Virus record (IMG/VR): IMGVR_UViG_3300045988_174111
Span: 40,621 to 104,620 of that record
Source of the DNA: a virus
Reading direction: 5' to 3' (one strand)
DNA length: 64,000 bases
Shown here: one piece after another, positions 9,101 to 17,560 of the stretch
How the letters are laid out: the number at the start of each line of letters is the position of its first letter
Position numbering within the stretch: the first letter of the stretch is position 1
Translations under genes and position numbers: made by a program
The notes under the pieces: model-generated
Database searches by the model: none
Seen by the model: only the letters and a program-made list of their open reading frames with translations
What the model was told of the DNA's origin: nothing

Positions 9101-10662
9101 TTCCACCCGTATCGTTCTTCCATGTATTTCTTGACACGAGGACGGTCTTCCCCAGGATAGTCACAGTCAATATCAGGAAGAGATACCTTAACACGACCTG
9201 CATTCAAGAAACGTTCAAAAAGTAGATTATACCTCATCGGGTCTAACTTCGTAATTCCAAGAAGATAGGAAACAAGACAGCCCCCAGCAGAACCACGGCT
9301 GATTCCAGTCATTATCCCATTTCTGTGACACCAATTAATAATATCCCACGTAATTAAGAAATAATCAATTGCATCACCCAATTTGATAACCCCTACTTCT
9401 CGGTCTATTCGCTCCATAATAACCTCTTCACCCCAATCCTCAATGAGGTCTGGGTGACGGTCAAGCCCATCCGATATAAGAGACCAAAAGAGGTCTTCAT
9501 TCGTTTCAAATTTCTTGGCTTCTTCTTTTGTCATTTTATAACGCGGTAAATGTCTTTTTTTAACGTCAATGACAAAAGTAATAGATTCGGCAATACTTTC
9601 AAGAAATTCCAAACCTTCTGTGAACCTTGAATAGACATCCATAAGGCCTTCATCTGTGTCTGGAAACATCTGTGAAAGCTCTGTAAATAATTGGTCGTTT
9701 GATTTGAAATATTGATTATCACTTTCGTATGCCGTTGTCCCTCCAATACTATGTAGGCGAGGCCTTATACAACTGTATTCTTCATCCAAATACCAAGCAT
9801 CAACCGACGGAACAGGTAGCAAATTTCTATCCATGAAGAACTTTTTCAAGTTCTTCAAATACCATTCGTCCCTACTGTTATCAACATATTCACATGGGTC
9901 AAGCTGATAGATAGCAGCATCCAAATTTAAACTTGATAAAACATCATAATCTAAGGTTTTGGGGTCCAGAAACAAAATCAAATCATCATTATCTCTCGTA
10001 ATTTGATTAAAATCTTGAAGGCCAATGTATTTTGGATTGTCACAGTTTATGAACTTATTTATCGTCAAAAGGTCTTTCCACCCCTTATCATTTCTTGCAT
10101 ACACTTTTACTGTGAATCTAATATCTCTTGGCTGGTCATATACGGTGCATTCCATCCCAATTATACTTTTCAGGCCGTTCTTTTGACATTCTGCCTGAAA
10201 CTTCAAAGAACCAGCTAGCGAATTCTTTTCACAAATCCCTAAAGTGTTAACTCCAAGAAATTTAGCTTTTTTACACCAATCAGAATACGTCCCGGAACCA
10301 GACATCATCTCATATTGGCCATGAACCCCAAGAAATACTTTAGTTTCAAATTCTTGTTTTGCAGCTCCAATATACTTCAATCGTGTCAACTTGACATCAT
10401 TTTCTTGCCCTTTTGACAACATGTAATACACCCCTCCAAATCGGTAAGCATAGAAGTCACAGTTTGTCTCAACTGTTCCATCTTCAGCCCCACGATTGGG
10501 GTCAGCAGGAATTCCAACAAAATTGAAACTGTCATCAAACATCGCTCCGTCAAAGGCTTCTTTATACAGCTCAAAAGTCTTGCCGCCAATTTCAACTATA
10601 TAGTCGGATAATTGTGTATAATCAAGTAAATTTTTTTCAAGGTATTCTTTAAATCTTTTCAT
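6196..10662 (-). CDS. dnaE: DNA polymerase III alpha (DnaE-type, PHP domain) interrupted by an intein
   Basis: PHP-like N-terminal region (LGVHGQYEMM...GICEKNSLAG). Palm and finger motifs GISRGSAGGCLVSYLLGIT, NLLFERFLN, SLPDIDCDY and ISLYRPG. The TYGVF / CYQEQIMQL...ADDVRKAMVKKK junction matches E. coli TYGIILYQEQVMQ once residues 770-1098 are removed. Confidence 0.9.
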   Translation of the reverse strand: MKRFKEYLEKNLLDYTQLSDYIVEIGGKTFELYKEAFDGAMFDDSFNFVGIPADPNRGAEDGTVETNCDFYAYRFGGVYYMLSKGQENDVKLTRLKYIGAAKQEFETKVFLGVHGQYEMMSGSGTYSDWCKKAKFLGVNTLGICEKNSLAGSLKFQAECQKNGLKSIIGMECTVYDQPRDIRFTVKVYARNDKGWKDLLTINKFINCDNPKYIGLQDFNQITRDNDDLILFLDPKTLDYDVLSSLNLDAAIYQLDPCEYVDNSRDEWYLKNLKKFFMDRNLLPVPSVDAWYLDEEYSCIRPRLHSIGGTTAYESDNQYFKSNDQLFTELSQMFPDTDEGLMDVYSRFTEGLEFLESIAESITFVIDVKKRHLPRYKMTKEEAKKFETNEDLFWSLISDGLDRHPDLIEDWGEEVIMERIDREVGVIKLGDAIDYFLITWDIINWCHRNGIMTGISRGSAGGCLVSYLLGITKLDPMRYNLLFERFLNAGRVKVSLPDIDCDYPGEDRPRVKKYMEERYGWNQVCSVGTYSALQLRAAIKDMARVYGLDFQSTNEMMKAFDVKDRKPEDLFKIACANSKVKNFVKSHPDLINEVMLIMPAPKAQSIHACAMMVFPDENDMFRWVPIRKSGDEYVTEWEGGEMDAAGFLKEDVLGVKQFDKFQDMVRLVKEHEGVDLDIFSIPLDDKEVYRYFKNGWNEDNFHFGSSGLTGYCKQMKPDNIEDLIAAISLYRPGAMENNFHNEFVVRKEGKKEIEYFVGTESILNNTYGVFCIAENSEVLTLNGIKKIQDIIPGDMVKTEDGSFQKVLLLKNNGVKKTVRVRSNFGRELVCTPDHKILTKRGWVEAQNLVKNDELKCWFEKPVRIDSLTEREKLEHWLIGYFIAEGTSTHSSPYFTVSNLEIANRLRELLLELDSDFEVTIKERSQVKKSGNVGKSIRVTVKAVSGKSNGFFSKNYQENKFNSLLKKYGLYLKNCYEKRLPSNYSLDMIAGVLEGDGCLKNDTLKMCNNSLLEDIYFALQSYQIHSSIFPRLNKLTVSWKDLFYCLPYRMLSKKKISRKSPTNYMWGRVKEVVHDEERVVYDISVENIHSFTVGGIIVHNCYQEQIMQLCRELGGLSLVEADDVRKAMVKKKYEALQQYKERFIPYYRDNYNVTQEYSEKVWDAIDKASTYLFNRSHAAAYAITGYISQWIKVHYPIEYWSVAFKYALDTDYSRYIAEINKTGVCTVRPVDINVSDVDVVINFEEKALYWSITGVKQVAEKAATQIIKERKENGQYWSLNDFITRHKWKGSAVNNRIIRNLILAGAFDKLEGITDISKRIDLLVDFLVGVKAEVKDDDPVLSGADLHANDSWWWALLQKQVSGLAFFDYQQIFERFKSEFPDAYEFANVEDCNDTDSRPNNGYVVVSGYVSDMEIKKTRKGDTMCRLILEANYEFLEVIIFQQEYEQLASLLEGSRSNLIIINGCLSYDNRKDSNILRANFETNIVTLTL
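7369..8355 (-). mobile_element. Intein (329 aa) with a double-motif LAGLIDADG homing endonuclease, inside DnaE
   Basis: Starts with CIAENSEVLTLNG (block A). Block B is CTPDHKILT. LAGLIDADG motifs are LIGYFIAEGTS and MIAGVLEGDGCL. Ends with VYDISVENIHSFTVGGIIVHN, with Cys at +1. I checked the codons: aca (C) at 8353-8355, att (N) at 7369-7371, gca (C) at 7366-7368. Confidence 0.9.
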
Positions 10663-11296
10663 GTCTTAATTCCTTTTTAACAAGCTCAGTTATATTTTCA
10701 CCATCTTTACATCCAAGTGAAAGAAAAGTTTGAGCAAACTTTTCACTTACATGTGAATTTATTTCGTAGGAATCAGAATGATAATCACAAAAAATTATCT
10801 CAACTTCTTTCCCGCATGAAGCCGAAAGCCTAAAAATTGCCTGAGCTTCAATAGGAAATCTAAGAGAACCAAAAACAACATCACACGCTGCTGATTCCTC
10901 GATTGTCATTTTAGACAAACGATTCGTAATATCATTGACAGTCCATCTTGCCCAAATATCTTCTCCAGCTATCTTCTTCAAATATTCGCCTGTATTTTGC
11001 AATATTTCACGGCCGGATACAAACGAAAAATCAGGAACTATTGAATTCCCAGAAGTTGGGAGCATAATGTTTTGTTTCAGTTCTTTCCATTTTGCATAAA
11101 CCGTTCCATCTAACTGAATACCTCTGTCACGTCCTGTGAAAGTATTCATAAGCGTTTGACGAATTCCCTCGCTGAAATCCCCTATAATAATCGAACGATT
11201 TTCTGAATCGGCCTTTGCTCTTAAAAATTCTGCACGATAAGACTTCCCGGAGCCAATAACCCCAACAAGCCCATAAATCTTTCCTTTATGGTTCAT
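10649..11296 (-). CDS. P-loop nucleotide kinase, dNMP-kinase-like (T4 gp1-like architecture)
   Basis: Walker A GVIGSGKSY at the N-terminus. About 215 aa. Loose collinearity with T4 gp1 as I remember it. Lies in a nucleotide-metabolism cluster. Confidence 0.5.
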   Translation of the reverse strand: MNHKGKIYGLVGVIGSGKSYRAEFLRAKADSENRSIIIGDFSEGIRQTLMNTFTGRDRGIQLDGTVYAKWKELKQNIMLPTSGNSIVPDFSFVSGREILQNTGEYLKKIAGEDIWARWTVNDITNRLSKMTIEESAACDVVFGSLRFPIEAQAIFRLSASCGKEVEIIFCDYHSDSYEINSHVSEKFAQTFLSLGCKDGENITELVKKELRHEKI

Positions 11297-11825
11297 ACTG
11301 TAACATAAATTTTTGAATACTTGTAAAAAGTTCCCAGTCCTTTGAATACTTTTTCATCAGATTCTCACAGTTTTCAATACACTGTAATAATTTCTTAGAC
11401 GAGTTCCCAAGGGCACATTCGTTTTTACAGAAAATCCACAAATCTAAATAATCACATGTCTTAAATAGGCGATACTGTAAATCAGACATTAAAGACTTAA
11501 TCTCAGAATCAGAATATGGTGCCAAAACTGTATCTCCATGACAAATCTCATATTCAATGATATCCCACGCGGAAGAAGTATTTTCATTAAATTTCTTCAC
11601 GCACGCATTAAGGTCGCCAGTAACACTTTCGACAAAATCATGAAGCAATACTTTGTCAAATACATTAATGTCGTAGGATACGTCTTCTTCGGAAGCAAAC
11701 CAACGAAATAACATACCTACTACGAGGCCATGCTCCAAGAGATTGTACCCCCTGTGGTGGGGGGTATTTGGCAATCTCTGGATATCTTTCATTCCTAAAA
11801 GGATGTCAATTTTTTTGTAATTCAT
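11286..11825 (-). CDS. HD-domain phosphohydrolase (YfbR-like 5'-deoxynucleotidase candidate)
   Basis: H...HD...D signature: HHRGYNLLEHGLVVG and VLLHDFVESVTGDL. Confidence 0.7.
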   Translation of the reverse strand: MNYKKIDILLGMKDIQRLPNTPHHRGYNLLEHGLVVGMLFRWFASEEDVSYDINVFDKVLLHDFVESVTGDLNACVKKFNENTSSAWDIIEYEICHGDTVLAPYSDSEIKSLMSDLQYRLFKTCDYLDLWIFCKNECALGNSSKKLLQCIENCENLMKKYSKDWELFTSIQKFMLQYEP

Positions 11826-11845
11826 GCTATATTTATTTTAGTGAA

Positions 11846-12958
11846 CTATCCAATAAATAATTCATTCAACAACGGGTTTTTAAACTCGATAGGCTGTTTT
11901 GTCCAATAACGATAAATTATTTTACCCCAATCGGAAAATAAACCTTTAAAAAATCCAAGTTCTTCAAGTAAATCTTCCTTCTTTAAGCCTGCACGACACA
12001 TCTCTTCAAATTGAGATAATTCCCCTATCCAGTAGTCGAACTCCTCTAATGTTTTAAACGTTGCATCGTATGTAAAGTTTATTCCGGAAGAATATAAATT
12101 CGGGTCTCTTTTAGCTATTTCTTCGACCATAGGAATAAAATCCTTATAGACGTGAAGATTATCTACCTTATGGTAATATTTTCCGACAGGCACGCCCACT
12201 ATTGCCGCAACATATTCCTGCATCAATGTAAAGTTAAATACATTCACTGCGCTAAACCCCCATATCAGGTCATTCGAACGCATATCAACATAACAGTTCA
12301 TCTTCCCATCGACAACCATAAAATGAATTGAACGTGTGCAAGGAGTATCCTTTGTTTCCAAGATAGCTGCCTTTTCTGAACCGCCTTCTTCATTTTGATA
12401 ATGAGCATTAAAATTGTCAGAAATAGGGTCGTGAATCGTAATAACCGCTTCACGAGTGTCAATATCCTGTTTGAATTTTTCAATCACAAAGCGTAATTGG
12501 TCAGTAACATTTTGGTATGGAGCTGGCCGTTTCAACTTTGTTTGGCGACCGTTATCGTCTGCTTTTCCGTTCTTATACTGACGTGGAAGGAGTTGTCCGG
12601 ACAATGTTACCATCGACTCAAAATTATCGCCGTAACGACGTATTCGAGGCCCATACCCAGCTCTCATAAATTTACCATCATCAGAAAAGTTCAACAAATT
12701 CTTTACATAGCTTGCAGGCATTTCCAAACTGTTATCTCCACGAGCAAGCCACAAACTTTCAATCCATCCTAATGTTTTGTTCCATTTACGTTCCGGAATA
12801 CGAACGTAACGGTCAGTTGGATTTGAAATTTCAATCAAAACTGCCCCAGGAAATTCTCTACATTGAAAGCCTCTTCTTGTAACATCAATTCCTCTTTCAA
12901 CTAGCCCCCGACTTAATAGGATGAGGGCACTACTTAAATTTTCTGCTTGAAAAAACAT
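11846..12958 (-). CDS. Divergent thymidylate-synthase-family enzyme (ThyA-like; either a true TS or a dUMP hydroxymethylase)
   Basis: DTPCTRSIHFMVVDGKMNCYVDMRSNDLIWGFSAVNVFNF...DNLHVY aligns with E. coli [39 protein letters not shown]...GDTHLY. The catalytic Cys and the Asn equivalent to N177 are kept. The protein is 370 aa and has large insertions. Confidence 0.75.
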   Translation of the reverse strand: MFFQAENLSSALILLSRGLVERGIDVTRRGFQCREFPGAVLIEISNPTDRYVRIPERKWNKTLGWIESLWLARGDNSLEMPASYVKNLLNFSDDGKFMRAGYGPRIRRYGDNFESMVTLSGQLLPRQYKNGKADDNGRQTKLKRPAPYQNVTDQLRFVIEKFKQDIDTREAVITIHDPISDNFNAHYQNEEGGSEKAAILETKDTPCTRSIHFMVVDGKMNCYVDMRSNDLIWGFSAVNVFNFTLMQEYVAAIVGVPVGKYYHKVDNLHVYKDFIPMVEEIAKRDPNLYSSGINFTYDATFKTLEEFDYWIGELSQFEEMCRAGLKKEDLLEELGFFKGLFSDWGKIIYRYWTKQPIEFKNPLLNELFIG

Positions 12959-12971
12959 ATCTCTAAATTAT

Positions 12972-14015
12972 TTATTCAACAATAAATTCTCCTGGCTTAG
13001 GAAGAACCGCATTCCATTTAGGAGGAAAGACAAAATTAATCTCCTTGGAGCTTTTTTCATACGTGTGTTTGATTCTTTCATTGCGCCCTTTATTGAAGGA
13101 AGCACCAAGCCCCTTGGCAAACTTACTTGTCTCACAGAAACAGTTTTGCAAATTTGTTAAAGTCGGAACAGGTTCCCAAGGTAAGGGATTCCATTTCATA
13201 CCGCTTTCTTTGCAAAATTTATTCATCAATTCTTCGAAATTTTCGTGAACCCATTTAATTACTCCCACATAATCATAACGTTTCCCGGACGCTCCTTCAA
13301 ATGTCCACCCGATTCCTTTTAAAGACCCTGGACCAGTAATGACAAAATCATTTTCCGAAAAATTAAACAAAGGGGAATAATTCAAGTCGATGCAATACTG
13401 TTGTGCAGTAAAGTCCCCGTATATTTTCATTTTTCGAAATACCCAATACAATTCTTCAAAAGACTTTGCCTCCAGAAAATCATACAAATGACCATTCTGA
13501 AATATTTCATCTTCGAAGATACGAAAATGCGCCCGATGCTTACTCATCCCCGTGATATGCTTGTATTCGGGGTATTGATAAAAGAAGCAATTAACGATAT
13601 ACGCATTCCCATAAATTGTATCACCACTTTCAATTACTTCATCTAAGAACTTAGCAATATTTTCTAGCCCTACTTCGTAGGTAATATCACCAAATTCTTT
13701 TTCAAGCAAGTCCCAAGTTTCGTTTTTGTTGAAATGCTTAAAAAGCAATATGCGAAAGAACATATCTTCTGGCTCATACTGTTTTCCGTTGTAAATTACA
13801 CGACTCAACAGGTATTGGCTCACACGGTCAAGGCATCTATAAACATTCGTAAACTTGAATCTCCGAAGTATTTCATCGTCTGTCCATGGTCCAACCTGTC
13901 CATTGTACTTCTTCCAGAAGATATTCATTCTTTCGCATATCCAATACAAAAACCAATTAAATGTTTCTAATGGGACTGGAATAAACTCATTTTCCTTTCT
14001 TTTTCCCATTTTCAA
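12972..14015 (-). CDS. Hypothetical enzyme; candidate aGPT-pyrophosphorylase-like DNA base-hypermodification protein
   Basis: 347-aa ORF between the ThyA-like gene and a P-loop kinase gene. The motif WTDDEILRRFKFTNVYRCLDRVSQ resembles, from memory, the conserved N-terminal motif of that family. Not verified. Confidence 0.3.
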   Translation of the reverse strand: MKMGKRKENEFIPVPLETFNWFLYWICERMNIFWKKYNGQVGPWTDDEILRRFKFTNVYRCLDRVSQYLLSRVIYNGKQYEPEDMFFRILLFKHFNKNETWDLLEKEFGDITYEVGLENIAKFLDEVIESGDTIYGNAYIVNCFFYQYPEYKHITGMSKHRAHFRIFEDEIFQNGHLYDFLEAKSFEELYWVFRKMKIYGDFTAQQYCIDLNYSPLFNFSENDFVITGPGSLKGIGWTFEGASGKRYDYVGVIKWVHENFEELMNKFCKESGMKWNPLPWEPVPTLTNLQNCFCETSKFAKGLGASFNKGRNERIKHTYEKSSKEINFVFPPKWNAVLPKPGEFIVE

Positions 14016-14733
14016 ATGTTTTAAACGAATTTCTGTCTATATAATCTGATTTTTTACAAAAAGCAATAAATTCATCACACAACTCAGAAAGTTCGAAAAA
14101 TTTTAAAATGTGGACACCTAAATCCCACACTGGAGAATCATAGGGTTGGTCATGTAAAACCACATTCCCTCCGGCATCGTTCACTTCTTTTCTCTCTCTT
14201 TGAGCCTTTTCAAAATCGTGAAGGAAAGTACGGTGCTTTCTCCACATGCAATCCCCCTTTGGAGGCTCGCCAGAGCGATATGTTATCCGAGCACAGTATT
14301 CATCCCACTGGTCATCACGATAATCGTAGCGAACGTGAAGAATGTTTGAAAAACCTGAACTCTCACACAAACTCAAAGGACGCAATCTCCAAGAAACTGT
14401 CGTACCTGCCCCATCAATTAGAACTCCATGACCTGCCTTCGAAACTTCTTCTAGGAAGAAGGAAAGCCCCTCAGCCTTGCAAAGTCTTGAAGTCATGCTA
14501 TCATACCCCTGCCAACGACGAACTCCCCCGTTCTCGTAAAACTTTCCCACAAAAACCATATTAAAGTCAGGTGAATAAACCCCAACTTCCTTTTCCTTTC
14601 CGTCAAGAGTTTTGAACTTATACGGGAGAAGTTCCATCCCTAAGGATTCTAAAAATTCCAGGAAGAGGTAAACCCTTGTGGACTTACCACTTCCAGAAAT
14701 TCCTTTTACTAAAACTATAGATTCACCGTCCAT
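13987..14733 (-). CDS. P-loop kinase (candidate 5-hmdU DNA kinase or nucleotide kinase)
   Basis: Walker A KGISGSGKST at residues 10-18. 248 aa. Overlaps the next gene by 29 nt, which suggests operon coupling. Confidence 0.45.
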   Translation of the reverse strand: MDGESIVLVKGISGSGKSTRVYLFLEFLESLGMELLPYKFKTLDGKEKEVGVYSPDFNMVFVGKFYENGGVRRWQGYDSMTSRLCKAEGLSFFLEEVSKAGHGVLIDGAGTTVSWRLRPLSLCESSGFSNILHVRYDYRDDQWDEYCARITYRSGEPPKGDCMWRKHRTFLHDFEKAQRERKEVNDAGGNVVLHDQPYDSPVWDLGVHILKFFELSELCDEFIAFCKKSDYIDRNSFKTFENGKKKGK

Positions 14734-14736
14734 TTG

Positions 14737-15420
14737 TTATTTCTTTTTCGGCGTTTTCTTTGCAGGCGCAGATTGAGTATCCTCAGCCAGTTCCAACGCT
14801 GTTGCGCGTTTCTTCACAGGCTTATCATCACCAAACTTAACCATACATTTTTCTTTTCCATCGCCGGACTGATATAAACGAACAACTTCGCCAACAGTGC
14901 TGGAACCTTTCAACGTTACTTTTGAGCCAACTTTCAGTCCTGGAACCTCTGTTGATTCTTCAAGATTCTGTCGTTTTGTTTCACGCGATTTTTCAGATTT
15001 TCCGGCCTTGGCACCCTCTCTCATTGATTTGTCTGACTTAGAAGGGGTCTTTCTTTCTTTCTGACGCTTGTCATATTCTTTTTCAGCAGCGGCAAGACGG
15101 GCTTCTTCTTCTTCGGTAAGCTTTTCTTCGGACTGATAATTCGAATTGCGTTTGTTCTGACGCTTCATAGCTGCTTCTGGTGAACCATCACCGTCTTCAT
15201 CTTCAGACTCTTTTTCTTCCTCTTTCTTTACCGGAGCCTTCTTCGGAGCCTTTTTAGGAGCTTCCTTCTTTTCTTCCGCTTCACCGCCCATTTTTTCCAA
15301 AAATTCCTGAGCAATTTTTACTTCCAATTCGGTTGATTCCTCATTGTTAACAATTTCTTCCAACTGTTCTTTCGAAAATTTTCTGTACTTCATGCGAAGT
15401 GCTAATGCATTGTTTGCCAT
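14737..15420 (-). CDS. Lys/Glu-rich protein with a small C-terminal beta-barrel-like domain
   Basis: 227-aa ORF. Central KKAPKKAPVKKEEEKE low-complexity stretch. The C-terminus GSKVTLKGSSTVGEVVRLYQSGDGKEKCMVKF looks KOW/SH3-like. Function unknown. Confidence 0.6.
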   Translation of the reverse strand: MANNALALRMKYRKFSKEQLEEIVNNEESTELEVKIAQEFLEKMGGEAEEKKEAPKKAPKKAPVKKEEEKESEDEDGDGSPEAAMKRQNKRNSNYQSEEKLTEEEEARLAAAEKEYDKRQKERKTPSKSDKSMREGAKAGKSEKSRETKRQNLEESTEVPGLKVGSKVTLKGSSTVGEVVRLYQSGDGKEKCMVKFGDDKPVKKRATALELAEDTQSAPAKKTPKKK

Positions 15421-15481
15421 AATCGTTTTTCTTTTTTGGTTAAAATTCTATTTTAGAAATAAATTATCACTTATCTCGGTA

Positions 15482-15489
15482 CAAATATA
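15482..15489 (-). promoter_or_regulatory. Bacteroidota-type -7 promoter element (TATATTTG on the minus strand)
   Basis: Plus strand caaatata in the 116-nt intergenic gap upstream of the ATG at 15420. No clear -33 TTTG. Confidence 0.4.
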
Positions 15490-15536
15490 ACGTAAATAAT
15501 TCGAATCCTAATGATTTTTCTCAATAAAAATCGAAA

Positions 15537-15986
15537 TTATTTTGTTCCAGTATGGCCAAATCCTCCAGTTCCTCTTTCTGTATCAGTAAGTTCTTCGACT
15601 GAAGAAACTTCGACAACTTCCTCGACTTTTGCATAGGGGGCAAAGACAATTTGGGCAATTCTGTCACCATTCTCAATAGTTTGTGGTTCTGTCGACAGGT
15701 TAATCAACGGAACACCTACTTCCCCACGATAGTCAGCGTCAATGGTTCCAGGAGCATTGATTACGGTCAGACCCTGTTTAACAGCGCAACCGCTGCGAGG
15801 TCTCACCTGACCCTCGTACCCCTGTTCGATTTCCATATACAAACCAGTAGGGATGATTTTACGCTCCATCGGAGCCAATGTGATTGAACCCTCGGGAAGA
15901 TAGGCACGCAAGTCCATACCCGAACTGTCTGGAGTTTTGTACTCCGGCAGAGCATTTGTGCTCTTGTTTACGATTCTTAATTTCAT
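15537..15986 (-). CDS. dut: dUTP diphosphatase (trimeric dUTPase)
   Basis: All canonical motifs are present: SSGMDLRA, PRSG, GTIDADYRGE, DRIAQ and RGTGGFGHTG. Confidence 0.95.
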   Translation of the reverse strand: MKLRIVNKSTNALPEYKTPDSSGMDLRAYLPEGSITLAPMERKIIPTGLYMEIEQGYEGQVRPRSGCAVKQGLTVINAPGTIDADYRGEVGVPLINLSTEPQTIENGDRIAQIVFAPYAKVEEVVEVSSVEELTDTERGTGGFGHTGTK

Positions 15987-16009
15987 ACTTTAAATGATTA
16001 AAATGAATG

Positions 16010-16501
16010 TTACAACCAATCAAAATTGTTTATAATTGTGATGTCATTATATTTAACGAGAAAATCACCTTTCGAGCCTCGAATTTTGACTTCCTCCTTA
16101 GCAGGATTGTTGCTTACGACCTCCATTATCGTCCCTTTGTACAGGACTTTGGTGTCCCTGTAAAGGATATACCAACGGTCATAATTTCCCTGAACTCTTC
16201 TCTGTTCTTCGTCTTTGTACTGAAACGCTGGAAGACCTTTCTTTCCCCAGAAATTCTTTTCGACGAACTCCGCCACATTATATCCAGGAGTGAATATGCT
16301 GTCGACGTTGAATTTCACACTCAACTCAATAATCTTCAACCGCTTCTTCTTAGCAATATCCGCTGCGACTGACGCATACGTTCCATTACGGTATATAGAG
16401 GAACGTAATTTGTGAGTCAGATACTCTAATTGAAGCCGTGTCAAAAACTGTCTGTGGCGCAGTCCTTTGTCCTCACAGGTTTCTTCTCTTACTTTGTCCA
16501 T
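16010..16501 (-). CDS. Hypothetical protein
   Basis: 163-aa ORF, co-oriented and tightly packed with its neighbours. Confidence 0.6.
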   Translation of the reverse strand: MDKVREETCEDKGLRHRQFLTRLQLEYLTHKLRSSIYRNGTYASVAADIAKKKRLKIIELSVKFNVDSIFTPGYNVAEFVEKNFWGKKGLPAFQYKDEEQRRVQGNYDRWYILYRDTKVLYKGTIMEVVSNNPAKEEVKIRGSKGDFLVKYNDITIINNFDWL

Positions 16502-16507
16502 AATTGC

Positions 16508-17560
16508 TCAAATTTTTATTTCCACTTTATTATAAAAGAAGCTAATTGGGTCGACCGCACCCCTCAAAACTTCTTCGAGATATTCCAAATCAATGTTTCC
16601 AGGGTCTATTCCTGGCTTCCTAATCGCTGTCACGTACACACGGTCAAACAGTTCCTTCATCTTTAATGCCGACTCTTTGCTCTCGTTTATAGTTCCAAAA
16701 TCGTACAGAAGTATGACGTTCTTGATACCTTTCTTGAGCATCATGTTAATCTGTCCTTGACCGATATTATTCCCGAACGTGAAGCAACACTTAATGTCGT
16801 CAAGATGTTGAAGTCCTAAGAGGTTGTCGATATTCACTTTGTCAAAGATGCCCTCAACGATTATGACCGTTTCAGTCTTCCCCTCTATCAACTCATCGCA
16901 ACCCCCTAACAGGTCTTGAAAGTTGTTCTCGGAGTTCCTGTAACGTAACACCAAGTCAGCCTCGTGACGCTTGTATGCCTCAAGATTTTCTTTGTGCCAT
17001 TCCTTTGAATACCTACTTCTAGCCCACCATGCTACGCACACGCCATCGACTTTCATCTTAAAAATAATGAAATTCTTTAATTTTGGCTCTAAGGGGGTAT
17101 CAGTGTAGGAAGGCTCAAATTCCTCATAATGTTCTTTTTTAAATCCGCGACTGTCCAAATAGGGGTCGTCAACCAACGGCTTAATTCTTAATGGGAGAAC
17201 AACAGGCTTTAATTCCTGCTTTGCTTCAGATTCATCAGAATCCATCCATTTTGAATGTTCAACCTGAAGCTCGCCAATTTTGGGGCAGTCCTCTAATTCA
17301 TTTAATTTAACTGAATAAGAACGTTTCGTAAGGTCGAGCCTTCCGAGTTTCTTTAAAAATTCAAAAACAGAAACTTTTCTTGGGCATTTCCAACAGTGGA
17401 ACGTCGCCCTTCCGTCTTGATTAAATATCACCCCCCATTTTCCCATTTTACCACAAAAGGGGCATGGCATATCCTTATTCGTCAGCCACCCTTGAGCTCC
17501 AAAAGGGGATAAATTAAATTCTGAAATTATACGTTCCTTATCGTACCTCATGTCTATCAA
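16508..17560 (-). CDS. DNA primase (zinc finger plus TOPRIM)
   Basis: CPFCGKMGKWG...FHCWKCPRK zinc-binding motif. TOPRIM-like VIIVEGIFDKV and ILLYDFG. Immediately downstream of the helicase gene. Confidence 0.75.
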   Translation of the reverse strand: MIDMRYDKERIISEFNLSPFGAQGWLTNKDMPCPFCGKMGKWGVIFNQDGRATFHCWKCPRKVSVFEFLKKLGRLDLTKRSYSVKLNELEDCPKIGELQVEHSKWMDSDESEAKQELKPVVLPLRIKPLVDDPYLDSRGFKKEHYEEFEPSYTDTPLEPKLKNFIIFKMKVDGVCVAWWARSRYSKEWHKENLEAYKRHEADLVLRYRNSENNFQDLLGGCDELIEGKTETVIIVEGIFDKVNIDNLLGLQHLDDIKCCFTFGNNIGQGQINMMLKKGIKNVILLYDFGTINESKESALKMKELFDRVYVTAIRKPGIDPGNIDLEYLEEVLRGAVDPISFFYNKVEIKI

